Of a DNA stretch of 64,000 bases, positions 1-14,119 are shown one piece after another. This DNA comes from Octopus sinensis (Eukaryota). The notes beneath the pieces are model-generated. The model was not told where the DNA came from and did no database searches. It worked only from the letters and a program-made list of their open reading frames with translations. The stretch is from NCBI RefSeq assembly GCF_006345805.1, contig NW_021834234.1, forward strand, positions 1 through 64,000, read 5' to 3'. Each line of letters opens with the position of its first letter. Positions within the stretch are counted from its first letter, which is position 1. A program made the translations under genes and the position numbers.

Positions 1-3000
1 AAAAAAACTCTCACAAAGATTTTACCTTGATCAAAATTCTAATCCTTTAAAACTATTTTTGACTTGGCTCTTTGCTGCCTTCGGAAAATTTGTATGATCT
101 TTGATGTTTTTCAATCAATTATCTTATGTTTAAATATATGAGAGGTTGTTTTCGATTCCAAAGAGCATCGGTTCCTTTAATCTCGCATTTAGATGACATG
201 AAACTCAAAAAAACTCTCACAAAGATTTTACCTTGATCAAAAGATTCTAATCCTTTAAAACTATTTTTGACTTGGCTTTTTGCTGCCTTCGGAAAATTTG
301 TATGATCTTTGATGTTTTTCAATCAATTATCTTTTATGTTTAAATATATGAGTGGTTTGTTTTCGATTCCAAAGAGCATCGGTTCCTTTAATGTCGTCAT
401 TTATATGACATGAAACTGAAAAAAACTCTCACAAAGATTTTACCTTGATCAAAAGATTCTAATCCTTTAAAACTATTTTTGACATGGCTCTTTGCTGCCT
501 TCGGAAAATTTGTATGATCTTTGATATTTTTCAATCAATTATCTTTTATGTTTAAATATATGAGTGGTTTGTTTTCGATTCCAAAGAGCATCGGTTCCTT
601 TAATCTCGTCATTTATATGACATGAAACTCAAAAAAACTCTCACAAAGATTTTACCTTGATCAAAAGATTCTAATCCTTTAAAACTATTTTTGACTTGGC
701 TTTTTGCTGCCTTCGGAAAATTTGTATGATCTTTGATGTTTTTCAATCAATTATCTTTTATGTTTAAATATATGAGAGGTTCGTTTTCGATTCCAAAGAG
801 CATCGGTTCCTTTAATCTCGTCATTTAGATGACATGAAACTCAAAAAAACTCTCACAAAGATTTTACCTTGATCAAAAGATTCTAAACCTTTAAAACTAT
901 TTTTGACTTGGCTTTTGCTGCCTTCGGAAAATTTGTATGATCTTTGATGTTTTTCAATCAATTATCTTTTATGTTTAAATATATGAGAGGTTCGTTTTCG
1001 ATTCCAAAGAGCATCGGTTCCTTTAATGTCGTCATTTATATGACATGAAACTGAAAAAAACTCTCACAAAGATTTTACCTTGATCAAAAGATTCTAATCC
1101 TTTAAAACTATTTTTGACATGGCTCTTTGCTGCCTTCGGAAAATTTGTATGATCTTTGATTTTTCAATCAATTATCTTCTATGTTTAAATATATGAGTGT
1201 TTGTTTTCGATTCCAAGAGCATCGGTTCCTTTAATCTCGTCATTTATATGACATGAAACTCAAAAAAACTCTCACAAGATTTTACCTTGATCAAAAGATT
1301 CTAATCCTTAAAACTATTTTTGACTTGGCTTTTTGCTGCCTTCGGAAATTTGTATGATCTTTGATTTTTTCAATCAATTATCTTTTATGTTTAAATATAT
1401 GAGTGGTTTGTTTTCGATTCCAAAGAGCATCGGTTCCTTTAATCTCGTCATTTAGATGACATGAAACTCAAAAAAACTCTCACAAGATTTTTTACCTACC
1501 TTGATCAAAAGATTCTAATCCTTTAAAACTATTTTTGACATGGCTCTTTTGCTGCCTTCGGAAATTTGTATGATCTTTGATATTTTTCAATCAATTATCT
1601 TTTATGTTTAAATATATGAGAGGTTCGTTTTCGATTCCAAAGAGCATCGGTTCCTTTAATCTCGCATTTAGATGACATGAAACTCAAAAAAACTCTCACA
1701 AAGATTTTACCTTGATCAAAAGATTCTAATCCTTTAAAACTATTTTTGACTTGCTTTTTGCTGCCTTCGGAAAATTGTATGATCTTTGATGTTTTTCAAT
1801 CAATTATCTTTTATGTTTAAATATATGAAGGTTCGTTTTCGATTCCAAAGAGCATCGGTTCCTTTAATCTCGCCATTTAGATGACATGAAACTCAAAAAA
1901 ACTCTCACAAAGATTTTACCTGATCAAAAGATTCTAATCCTTTAAAACTATTTTTTTGCTTGGCTTTTTGCTGCCTTTGAAAATTGTATGATCTTTGATG
2001 TTTTTCAATCAATTATCTTTTATGTTTAAATATATGAGAGGTTCGTTTTCGATTCAAAGAGCATCGGTTCCTTTCATCTCGCCATTTAGATGACATGAAA
2101 CTCAAAAAAACTCTCACAAAGATTTTACCTGATCAAAAAATTCTAACCTTTAAAACTATTTTTGCCTTGGCTTTTTGCTGCCTTCGGAAAATTTGTATAT
2201 CTTTGATGTTTTTCAATCAATTATCTTTTATGTTTAAATATATGAGAGGTTCGTTTTCGATTCCAAAGAGCATCGGTTCCTTTAATCTCGCCATTTAGAT
2301 GACATGAAACTCAAAAAACTCTCACAAAGATTTTACCTTGATCAAAAGATTCTAAACCTTTAAAACTATTTTTGCCTTGGCTTTTTGCTGCCTTCGGAAA
2401 TTTGTATGATCTTTGATGTTTTTCAATCAATTATCTTTTATGTTTAAATATATGAGAGGTTCGTTTTCGATTCCAAAGAGCATCGGTTCCTTTAATCTCG
2501 CCATTTAGATGACATGAAACTCAAAAAACTCTCACAAAGATTTTACCTTGATCAAAAGATTCTAATCCTTTAAAACTATTTTTGACTTGGCTTTTTGCTG
2601 CCTTCGGAAAATTTGTATGATCTTTGATGTTTTTCAATCAATTATCTTTTATGTTAAATATATGAGAGGTTCGTATTCGATTCCAAAGAGCATCGTTCCT
2701 TTAATCTCGTCCATTTAGATGACATGAAACTCAAAAAAACTCTCACAAAGATTTTACCTTGATCAAAAGATTCTATACCTTTAAAACTATTTTTGATTTG
2801 CTTTTTGCTGCCTTCGGAAAATTTGTATGATCTTTGATGTTTTTCAATCCATTATCTTTTATGTTTAATATATGAGAGGTTCGTTTTTGATTCCAAGAGC
2901 ATCGGTTCCTTTCGTCTCGCCATTTAGATGACATGAAACTCAAAAACTCTCACAAAGATTTTAACCTTGATCAAAAGATTCTAAACCTATAAAACTAATT

Positions 3001-6000
3001 TTGCCTTGGCTTTTGCTGCTGCTTTCGGAAAATTTGTATAATCTTTGATGTTTTTCAATCATTATCTTTTATGTTTAAATATATGAGAGGTTCGTATTCG
3101 ATTCCAAAGAGCATCGGTTCCTTTCGTCTCGCCTTTAGATGACATGAAACTCAAAAAACTCTCACAAAGATTTTACCTTGATCAAAAGATTCTAAACCTT
3201 TAAAACCTTTCACGTGGCTTTTTGCTGCTTTCGGAAATTTATGATCTTTGATGTTTTTCAATCAATTATCTTTTATGTTTAATATATGAGAGGTTCGTTT
3301 TCGATTCCAAAGAGCATCGGTTCCTTTAATGTCGTCATTTATATGACATGAAACTCAAAAAAACTCTCACAAAGATTTTACCTTGATCAAAAGATTCTAA
3401 TCTTTTAAAACTCTTTTTGACTTGGCTTTTTGCTGCCTTCGGAAAATTTATATCATCTTCGATGTTTTTCAATCAATTATCTTTTATGTTTAAATATATG
3501 AGTGGTTTGTTTTCGATTCCAAAGAGCATCGGTTCCTTTAATCTCGCCATTTATATGACATGAAACTCAAAAAAAACTCTCGCACAGATTTTACCTTGAT
3601 CAAAAGATTCTAAACCTTTAAAACTATTTTTGCCTTGGTCTTTTGCTGCTTTCGGAAAATTTGTATAATCTTTGATGTTTTTCAATCATTATCTTTTATG
3701 TTTAAATATATGAGAAGTTCGTTTTCGATTCCAAAGAGCATCGGTTCCTTTAATCTCGCCATTTAGATGACATGAAACTCAAAAGAACTTCACAAAGATT
3801 TTACCTTGATCAAAAGATTCTAATCCTTTAAAACTATTTTTCACTTGGCTTTTTGCTGCCTTCGGGAAATTTGTATGATCTTTGATGTTTTTCAATCAAT
3901 TATCTTTTATGTTTAAATATATGAGAGGTTCGTTTTCGATTCCAAAGAGCATCGGTTCCTTTAATCTCGTCATTTATATGACATGAAACTCAAAAAAACT
4001 CTCACAAAGATTTTACCTTGATCAATAGCTTATAATCCTTTAAAACTATTTTTGACTTGGCTTTTTGCTGCCTTCGGGAAATTTGTATGATCTTTGATGT
4101 TTTTCAATCAATTATCTTTTATGTTTAAATATATGAGAGGTTCGTATTCGATTCCAAAGAGCCTCGATTCCTTTCATCTCGCCATTTAGATGACATGAAA
4201 CTCAAAACAACTCTCACAAAGATTTTACCGTGATCAAAAGATTCTATACCTTTAAAACTCTTTTTGCATTTGCTTTATGCTGCCTTCAGAAAATTTGTAT
4301 GATCTTTGATGTTTTTCAATCCATTATCTTTTATGTTTAAATATATGAGAGGTTCGTATTCGATTCCAAAGAGCCTCGATTCCTTTCATCTCGCCATTTA
4401 GATGACATGAAACTCAAAACAACTCTCACAAAGATTTTACCGTGATCAAAAGATTCTAATCCTTTAAAACTATTTTTGCCTTGGCTTTCTGCTGCCTTTG
4501 GAAAATTTGTATGATCTTCGATGTTTTTCAATCCATTATCTTTTATGTTTAAAAATATGAGAGGTTTGTTTTCGATTCCAAAGAGCATCGGTTCCTTTCA
4601 TCTCGCCATTTAGATGACATGAAACTCAAAAAAACTCTCACAAAGATTTTTCCTTGATCAAAAGATTCTATACCTTTAAAACTCTTTTTGCATTTGCTTT
4701 ATGCTGCCTTCAGAAAATTTGTATGATCTTTGATGTTTTTCAATCCATTATCTTTTATGTTTAAATATATGAGAGGTTCGTTTTCGATTCCAAAGAGCAT
4801 CGGTTCCTTTAATCTCGCCATTTAGATGACATGAAACTCAAAACAACTCTCACAAAGATTTTACCTTGATCAAAAGATTCTAATCCTTTAAAACTATTTT
4901 TGCCTTGGCTTTTGCTGCCTTCGGAAAATTTGTATGATCTTCGATGTTTTTCATCCATTATCTTTTATGTTTAAAAATATGGGAGGTTTGTTTTCGATTC
5001 CAAAGAGCATCGGTTCCTTTAATCTCGCCATTTAGATGACATGAAACTCAAAAAAACTCTCACAAAGATTTTTCCTTGATCAAAAGATTCTATACCTTTA
5101 AAACTCTTTTTGCATTTGCTTTATGCTGCCTTCAGAAAATTTGTATGATCTTTGATGTTTTTCAATCAATTATCTTTTATGTTTAATTATATGAGAGGTT
5201 CGTATTCGATTCCAAAGAGCATCGGTTCCTTTAATCTCGTCATTTAGATGACATGAAACTCAAAAAAACTCTCACAAAGATTTTACCTTGATCAAAAGAT
5301 TCTAATACCTTTAAAACTATTTTTGCATTTGCTTTTGCTGCCTTCAGAAAATTTGTATGATCTTTGATGTTTTTCAATCATTATCTTTTATGTTTAAATA
5401 TATGAGAGGTTCGTATTCGATTCCAAAGAGCATCGGTTCCTTTAATCTCGTCATTTAGATGACATGAAACTAATAAAAACTCTCACAAAGATTTTCCTTG
5501 ATCAAAAGATTCTATACCTTTAAAACTATTTTTGCATTTGCTTTATGCTGCCTTGAGAAAATTTGTATGATCTTTGATGTTTTTCAATCCATTATCTTTT
5601 ATGTTTAAATATATGAGAGGTTCGTTTTTGATTCCAAAGAGCATCGGTTCCTTTCGTCTCGCCATTTAGATGACATGAAACTCAAAATAACTCTCACAAA
5701 GATTTTACCTTGATCAAAAGATTCTAAACCTTTAAAACTAATTTTGCCTTGGCTTTTGCTGCTTTCGGAAAATTTGTATAATCTTTGATGTTTTTCAATC
5801 ATTATCTTTTATGTTTAAATATATGAGAGGTTCGTATTCGATTCCAAAGAGCCTCGATTCCTTTCATCTCGCCATTTAGATGACATGAAACTCAAAACAA
5901 CTCTCACAAAGATTTTACCGTGATCAAAAGATTCTAATCCTTTAAAACTATTTTTGCCTTGGCTTTCTGCTGCCTTCGGAAATTTGTATGATCTTTGATG

Positions 6001-9000
6001 TTTTTCAATCAATTATCTTTTATGTTTAAAATATGAGAGGTTCGTTTTCGATTCCAAAGAGCATCGGTTCCTTTCATCTCGCCATTTAGATGACATGAAA
6101 CTCAAAAAAACTCTCACAAAGATTTTAACTTGATCAAAATATTCTAATCCTTTAAAACTATTTTTGACTTGCTTTTTGTGCTGCCTTCGGAAATTTGTAT
6201 GATCTTTGATGTTTTTCAATCAATTATCTTTTATGTTTAAAATATGAGAGGTTCGTTTTCGATTCCAAGAGCATCGGTCCTTTAATCTCGCCATTTAGAT
6301 GACATGAAACTCAAAAAAACTCTCACAAAGATTTTACCTTGATCAAAAGATTCTAAACCTTTAAAACTATTTTTGCCTTGGCCTTTTGCTGCTTTCGGAA
6401 AATTTGTATAATCTTTGATGTTTTTCAATCAATTATCTTTTATGTTTAAATATATGAGAGGTTCGTTTTCGATTCCAAAGAGCATCGGTTCCTCTCATCT
6501 CGCCATTTAGATGACATGAAACTCAAAACAACTCTCACAAAGATTTTACCTTGATCAAAAGATTCTAAACCTTTAAAACTATTTTTGCCTTGGCTTTTTG
6601 CTGCCTTCGGAAAATTTGTATGATCTTTGATGTTTTTCAATCAATTATCTTTTATGTTTAAATATATGAGAGGTTCGTTTTCGATTCCAAAGAGCATCGG
6701 TTCTTTTAATCTCGTCATTTATATGAATGGAAACTCAAAAAACTCTCACAAAGATTTTACCTTGATCAAAAGATTCTAATCCTTTAAAACTATTTTTGAC
6801 TTGGCTTTTTGCTGCCTTCGAAATCGGGAAATTTGTATATCTTTGATGTTTTTCAATCAATTATCTTTTATGTTTAAATATATGAGAGGTTCGTTTTCGA
6901 TTCCAAAGAGCATCGGTTCCTTTAATCTCGTCATTTAGATGACATGAAACTCAAAAAAACTCTCACAAAGATTTTACCTTGATCAAAAGATTCTATATCC
7001 TTTAAAACTATTTTTGCATTTGCTTTTTGCTGCCTTCGGAAATTTGTATGATCTTTGATGTTTTTCAATCAATTATCTTTTATGTTTAAATATATGAGAG
7101 GTTCGTTTTCTATTCCAAAGAGCATCGGTTCCTTTAATCTCGCCATTTAGATGACATGAAACTCAAAATAACTCTCACAAAGATTTTACCTTGATCAAAA
7201 GATTCTAAACCTATAAAACTAATTTTGCCTTGGCTTTTGCTGCTTTCGGAAAATTTGTATAATCTTTGATGTTTTTCAATCATTATCTTTTATGTTTAAA
7301 TATATGAGAGGTTCGTATTCGATTCCGAAGAGCATCGGTTCCTTACATCTCGCCATTTAGATTACATGAAACTCAAAACAACTCTCACAAAGATTTTACC
7401 TTGATCAAAAGATTCTAAACCTTTAAAACTATCTTTCACTTGGCTTTTTGCTGCCTTCGGAAAATTTGTATGATCTTTGATGTTTTTCAATCAATTATCT
7501 TTTATGTTTAAATATATGAGAGGTTCGTATTCGATTCCAAAGAGCATCGGTTCCTTTAATCTCGTCATTTAGATGACATGAAACTCAAAAAACTCTCACA
7601 AAGATTTTTCCTTGATCAAAAGATTCTAACCTTTCAAACTCTTTTTGCTTGCTTTATGCTGCCTTCAGAAAATTTGTATGATCTTTGATGTTTTTCAATC
7701 AATATTATCTTTATGTTTAAATATATGAGAGGTTCGTTTTTGATTCCAAAGAGCATCGGTTCCTTTCGTCTCGCCATTTAGATGACATGAAACTCAAAAA
7801 AACTCTCACAAAGATTTTACCTTGATCAAAAGATTCTAAACCTTTAAAACTATTTTTGCCTTGGCTTTTTGCTGCTTTCGGAAAATTTGTATAATCTTGA
7901 TGTTTTTCAATCTTATCTTTTATGTTTAAATATATGAGAGGTTCGTTTTCGATTCCAAAGAGCCTCGGTTCCTTCATCTCGCCATTTAGATGACATGAAA
8001 CTCAAAACAACTCTCACAAAGATTTTACCGTGATCAAAAGATTCTAATCCTTTAAAACTATTTTGCTTGGCTTTCTGCTGCCTTCGGAAAATTTGTATGA
8101 TCTTTGATGTTTTTCAATCCATTCTTTTTATGTTTAAAATATGAGAGGTTCGTTTTCGATTCCAAGAGCATCGGTTCCTTTCATCTCGCCATTTAGATGA
8201 CATGAAACTCAAAAAAACTCTCACAAAGATTTTACCTTGATCAAAAGATTCTAAACCTTTAAAACTCTTTTTGCTTTGCTTTTGCTGCCTTCGAAAATTT
8301 GTATGATCTTTGATGTTTTTCAATCAATTATCTTTTATGTTTAATTATATGAGAGGTTCGTTTTCGATTCCAAAGAGCATCGGTTCCTTTAATCTCGTCA
8401 TTTAGATGACATGAAACTCAAAAAAACTCTCACAAAGATTTTTCCTTGATCAAAAGATTCTATACCTTTAAAACTATTTTTGCATTGGCTTTTTGCTGCC
8501 TTCGGAAAATTTGTATGATCTTTGATGTTTTTCAATCAATTATCTTTTATGTTTAATTATATGAGAGGTTCGTATTCGATTCCAAAGAGCATCGGTTCCT
8601 TTAATCTCGTCATTTAGATGACATGAAACTCAAAAAAACTCTCACAAAGATTTTTCCTTGATCAAAAGATTCTATACCTTTAAAACTCTTTTTGCATTTG
8701 CTTTATGCTGCCTTCAGAAAATTTGTATGATCTTTGATGTTTTTCAATCCATTATCTTTTATGTTTAAATATATGAGAGGTTCGTTTTTGATTCCAAAGA
8801 GCATCGGTTCCTTTCGTCTCGCCATTTAGATGACATGAAACTCAAAATAACTCTCACAAAGATTTTACCTTGATCAAAAGATTCTAAACCTTTAAAACTA
8901 ATTTTGCCTTGGCTTTTGCTGCTTTCGGAAAATTTGTATAATCTTTGATGTTTTTCAATCATTATCTTTTATGTTTAAATATATGAGAGGTTCGTATTCG

Positions 9001-12000
9001 ATTCCAAAGAGCATCGGTTCCTTTCATCTCGCCATTTAGATGACATGAAACTCAAAACAACTCTCACAAAGATTTTACCTTGATCAAAAGATTCTAATCC
9101 TTTAAAACTATTTTTCACTTGGTTTTTGCTGCCTTCGGAAATTGTATGATCTTTGATGTTTTTCAATCAATTATCTTTTATGTTTAAATATATGAGAGGT
9201 TCGTTTTCGATTCCAAAGAGCATCGGTTCTTTAATGTCGTCATTTATATGACATGAAACTCAAAAAAACTCTCAACAGATTTTACCTTGATCAAAAGATT
9301 CTAATCCTTTAAAACTATTTTGACTTGCTTTTGTGTGCAACCTTCGGAAAATTTATATCATCTTCGATGTTTTTCAATCAATTATCTTTTATGTTAAATA
9401 TATGAGTGGTTTGTTTTCGATTCCAAAGAGCATCGGTTCCTTTAATCTCGCCATTTATATGACATGAAACTCAAAAAAACTCTCGCAAAGATTTCCTTGA
9501 TCAAAAGATTCTAATCCTTTAAAACTATATTTGACATGCTTTTTGCTGCCTTCGGAAACTTGTATGATCTTTGATGATTTTCAATCATTATCTTTTATGT
9601 TTAAATATATGAGAGGTTCAGTTTTTCGATCCAAAGAGCATCGGTTCCTTTAATGTCGCCATTTATATGACATGAAACTCAAAAAAACTCTCACAAAGAT
9701 TTTACCTTGATCAAAAGATTCTAATCCTTTAAAACCATTTTTGACTTGGCTTTTTGCTGCCTTCGGAAAATTTATATCATCTTCGATGTTTTTCAATCAA
9801 TTATCTGTTATGTTTAAATATATGAGAGGTTTGTTTTCGATCCAAAGAGCTTCGGTTCCTTTAATCTCGCCATTTATATGACATGAAACTCAAAAAAACT
9901 CTCGCAAAGATTTTACCTTGATCAAAAGATTCTAATCCTTTAAAACTATTTTTGACTTGGATCTTTGCTGCCTTCGGAAAATTTGTATGATCTTTGATGT
10001 TTTTCAATCAATTATCTTTTATGTTTAAATATATGAGAGGTTCGTTTTCGATTCCAAAGAGCATTGGTTCCTTTAATCTCGTCATTTATATGACATGAAA
10101 CTCAAAAAAACTCTCACAAAGATTTTACCTTGATCAAAAGATTCTAATCCTTTAAAACTATTTTTGACTTGGCTTTTTCCTGCCTTCGGGAAATTTGCAT
10201 GATCTTTGATGTTTTTCAATCAATTATCTTTCATGTTTAAATATATGAGAGGTTCGTTTTCGATTCCAAAGCGCATCGGTTCCTTTCATCTCGCCATTTA
10301 GATGACATGAATCTCAAAAAAACTCTCACGAAGTTTTTAACTTGATGAAAAGATTCTAAACCTTTAAAACTATTTTTGCTCTGGCTTTTTGCTGCTTTCG
10401 GAAACTTTGTATCATCTTTGATGTTTTTCAATCAATTATCTTTTATGTTTAAATATATGAGAGGTTCGTATTCGATTCCAAAGAGCATCGATTCCTTTCA
10501 TCTCGCCATTTAGATGACATGAAACTCAAAAAAACTCTCACGAAGATTTTAACTTGATCAAAATATTCTAAACCTTTAAAACTAATTTTGCTGTGGCTTT
10601 TTGCTGCCTTCGGAAAATTTGTTTAATCTTTGATGTTTTTCAATCAATTATCTCATATGTTTAAATATATGAGAGGTTCGTTTTCGATTCCAAAGAGCAT
10701 CGGTTCCTTTAATCTCGTCATTTAGATGACATGAAACTCAAAAAAACTCTCACAAAGATTTTACCTTGATCAAAATATTCTAATCCTTTACTTTAAAACT
10801 ATTTTTGACTTGGCTTTTTGCTGCCTTCGGAAAAATTTATCTCTCTTGATGTTTTTCAATCAATATCTCATATGTTTAAAAATATGAGAGGTTCGTTTTA
10901 TTCCAAAACATCGGTTCCTTTAATCTCGCCATTTAGATGACATGGAACTCAAAAAAACTCTCACAAGATTTTACCTTGATCAAAAGATTCTAATCCTTTA
11001 AAACTATTTTTGACTTGGCTTTTTGCTGCCTTCGGAAAATTTGTATGATCTTTGATGTTTTTCAATCAATTATCTCATATGTTTAAAAATATGAGAGGTT
11101 CGTTTTCGATTCCAAAGAGCATCGGTTCCTTTCATCTCGCCATTTAGATGACATGAAACTCAAAAAAACTCTCACAAAGATTTTACCTTGATCAAAAGAT
11201 TCTAATCCTTTAAAACTATTTTTGACTTGGCTTTTTGCTGCCTTCGGAAAATTTATATCATCTTCGATGTTTTTCAATCAATTATCTTTTATGTTTAAAT
11301 ATATGAGAGGTTCGTTTTCGATTCCAAAGAGCATCGGTTCCTTTAATCTCGCCATTTAGATGACATGAAACTCAAAAAAACTCTCAAAGATTTTACCTTG
11401 ATCAAAAGATTCTAATCCTTTAAAACTATTTTTGCCTTGGCTTTTTGCTGCCTTCGGAAAATTTGTATGATCTTTGATGTTTTTCAATCCATTATCTTTT
11501 AAGTTTAAATATATGAGAGGTTCCTTTTCGATTCCAAAGAGCATCGGTTCCTTTAATCTCGCCATTTAGATGACATGAAACTCAAAAAAACTCTCAAAGA
11601 TTTTACCTTGATCAAAAGATTCTAATCCTTTAAAACTATTTTTGCCTTGGCTTTTTGTTGCCTTCAGAAAATTTGTCTGATCTTTGATGTTTTTCTATCA
11701 ATTATCTTTCATGTTTAAATATATGAGAGGTTCGTTTTCGAATCCAAAGAGCATCGGTTCCTTTAATCTCGCCATTTAGATGACATGAAACTCAAAAAAA
11801 CTCTCAAAGATTTTACCTTGATCAAAAGATTCTAAACCTTTGAAACTATTTTTGCCTTGGCTTTTTGCTGCCTTTGGAAAATTTGTATGATCTTTGATGT
11901 TTTTCAATCTATTATCTTTTATGTTTAAATATATGAAAGGTTCGTTTTCGATTCCAAAGAGCATCGGTTCCTTTCGTCTCGCCATTTAGATGACATGAAA

Positions 12001-14118
12001 CTCAAAAAAACTCTCAAAGATTTTACCTTGATCAAAAGATTCTAAACCTTTAAAACTATTTTTCACTTGGCTTTTTGCTGCCTTCGGAAAATTTGTATAA
12101 TCTTTGATGTTTTTCAATCATTATCTTTTATGTTTAAATTTATTAGAGGTTCGTTTTCGATTCCAAAGAGCATCGGTTCCTTTAATCTTGCCATTTAGAT
12201 GACATGAAACTCAAAAAAACTCTCACAAAGATTTTACCTTGATCAAAAGATTCTAAACCTTTAAAACTAATTTTCCTTTGTCCTTTTGCTGCCTTCGGAA
12301 AATTTGTATCATCTTTGATGTTTTCCAATCAATTATCTTTTATGTTTAAATTTATGAGAGGTTCGTTTTCGATTCCAAAGAGCATCGGTTCCTTTAATCT
12401 CGCCATTTAGATGACATGAAACTCAAAAAAACTCTCACAAAGATTTTACCTTGATCAAAAGATTCTAAACCTTTAAAACTAATTTTGCTTTGGCTTTTTG
12501 CTGCCTTCTAAAATTTGTATGATCTTTGATGTTTTTCAATCAATTATCTTTTATGTTTAAAGATATGAGAGGTTCGTTTTCGATTCTAAAGACCATCGGC
12601 TCTTTTTATCTCACCATTTAGATGACATGAAACTCAAAAATCTCTCACAAAGATTTTACCTTGATCAAAAGATTCTAAACCTTTAAAACTATTTTTGCCT
12701 TGGCTTTTTGCTGCTTTCGGAAAATTTATATAATCTTTGATGGTTTTTCAATGAATTATCTTTTATTTTTAAATATATGAGAGGTTCGTATTTGATTCCA
12801 AAGAGCATCGGTTCCTTTCATCTCGCCATTTAGATGACATGAAACTCAAAAAAACTCTCACAAAGATTTTACCTTGATCAAAATATTCTAAACCTTTAAA
12901 ACTATTTTTGCTTGGCTTTTTGCTGCCTTCGGAAAATTTGTATCGTGTTTGATGTTTTTCAATCAATCATCTTTATGTTTAAAATATGAGAGGTTCGTTT
13001 TCGATTCCAAAGAGCATCGGTTCCTTTAATCTCGCCATTTAGATGACATGAACTCAAAAAAACTCTCACAAAGATTTTACCTTGATCAAAAGATTCTAAT
13101 CCTTTAAAACTATTTTTGCCTTGGCCTTTTGCTGCCTTCGGAAAATTTGTATCATCTTTGATGTTTTCCAATCAATTATCTTTTATGTTTAAATTATGAG
13201 AGGTTCGTTTTCGATTCCAAAGAGCATCGGTTCCTTTAATCTCGCCATTTAGATGACATGAAACTCAAAAAAACTCTCACAAGATTTTACCTTGATCAAA
13301 AGATTCTAAACCTTTAAAACTAATTTTGCTTTGGCTTTTTGCTGCCTTCTAAAATTTGTATGATCTTTGATGTTTTTCAATCAATTATCTTTTATGTTTA
13401 AATATATGAGAGGTTCGTTTTCGATTCTAAAGAGCATCGGCTCTTTTATCTCACCATTTAGATGACATGAAACTCAAAAATCTCTCACAAAGATTTTACC
13501 TTGATCAAAAGATTCTAAACCTTTAAAACTATTTTTGCCTTGGCTTTTTGCTGCTTTCGGAAAATTTATATAATCTTTGATGGTTTTTCAATGAATTATC
13601 TTTTATTTTTAAATATATGAGAGGTTCGTATTTGATTCCAAAGAGCATCGGTTCCTTTCATCTCGCCATTTAGATGACATGAAACTCAAAAAAACTCTCA
13701 CAAAGATTTTACCTTGATCAAAATATTCTAAACCTTTAAAACTATTTTTGCCTTGGCTTTTTGCTGCCTTCGGAAAATTTGTATCGTGTTTGATGTTTTT
13801 CAATCAATCATCTTTTATGTTTAAATATATGAGAGGTTCGTTTTCGATTCCAAAGAGCATCGGTTCCTTTAATCTCGCCATTTAGATGACATGAAACTCA
13901 AAAAAACTCTCACAAAGATTTTACCTTGATCAAAAGATTCTAATCCTTTAAAACTATTTTTGACTTGGCCTTTTGCTGCCTTTGGAAAATTTGTATAATC
14001 TTTGATGTTTTTCAATCAATTATCTTTTATGTTTAAATATATGAGAGGTTCGTTTTCGATTCCAAAGAGCATCGGTTCCTTTCATCTCGCCATTTAGATG
14101 ACATGAAACTCAAAAAAA
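1..14118. repeat. Tandem satellite array, ~210-212 bp AT-rich monomer, ~67 copies, runs off the left edge
   Basis: The monomer CTCAAAAAAACTCTCACAAAGATTTTACCTTGATCAAAAGATTC...CATCGGTTCCTTTAATCTCGCCATTTAGATGACATGAAA recurs throughout. Exact 210-bp spacing is seen at 11371/11581/11791/12001. The array stops abruptly at ~14118. Confidence 0.98.
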
Positions 14119-14119
14119 C

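Noticed and set aside
119-13803. Repeated 60-86 aa ORFs (MKNIKDHTNFPK...) as a gene family
   Set aside because: They are translations of the satellite monomer; frames break at random 1-bp indels and no domain is recognisable.
1-14118. CRISPR array
   Set aside because: There is no repeat-spacer alternation, the whole 211-bp unit is repeated, the context is eukaryotic and no cas genes are present.
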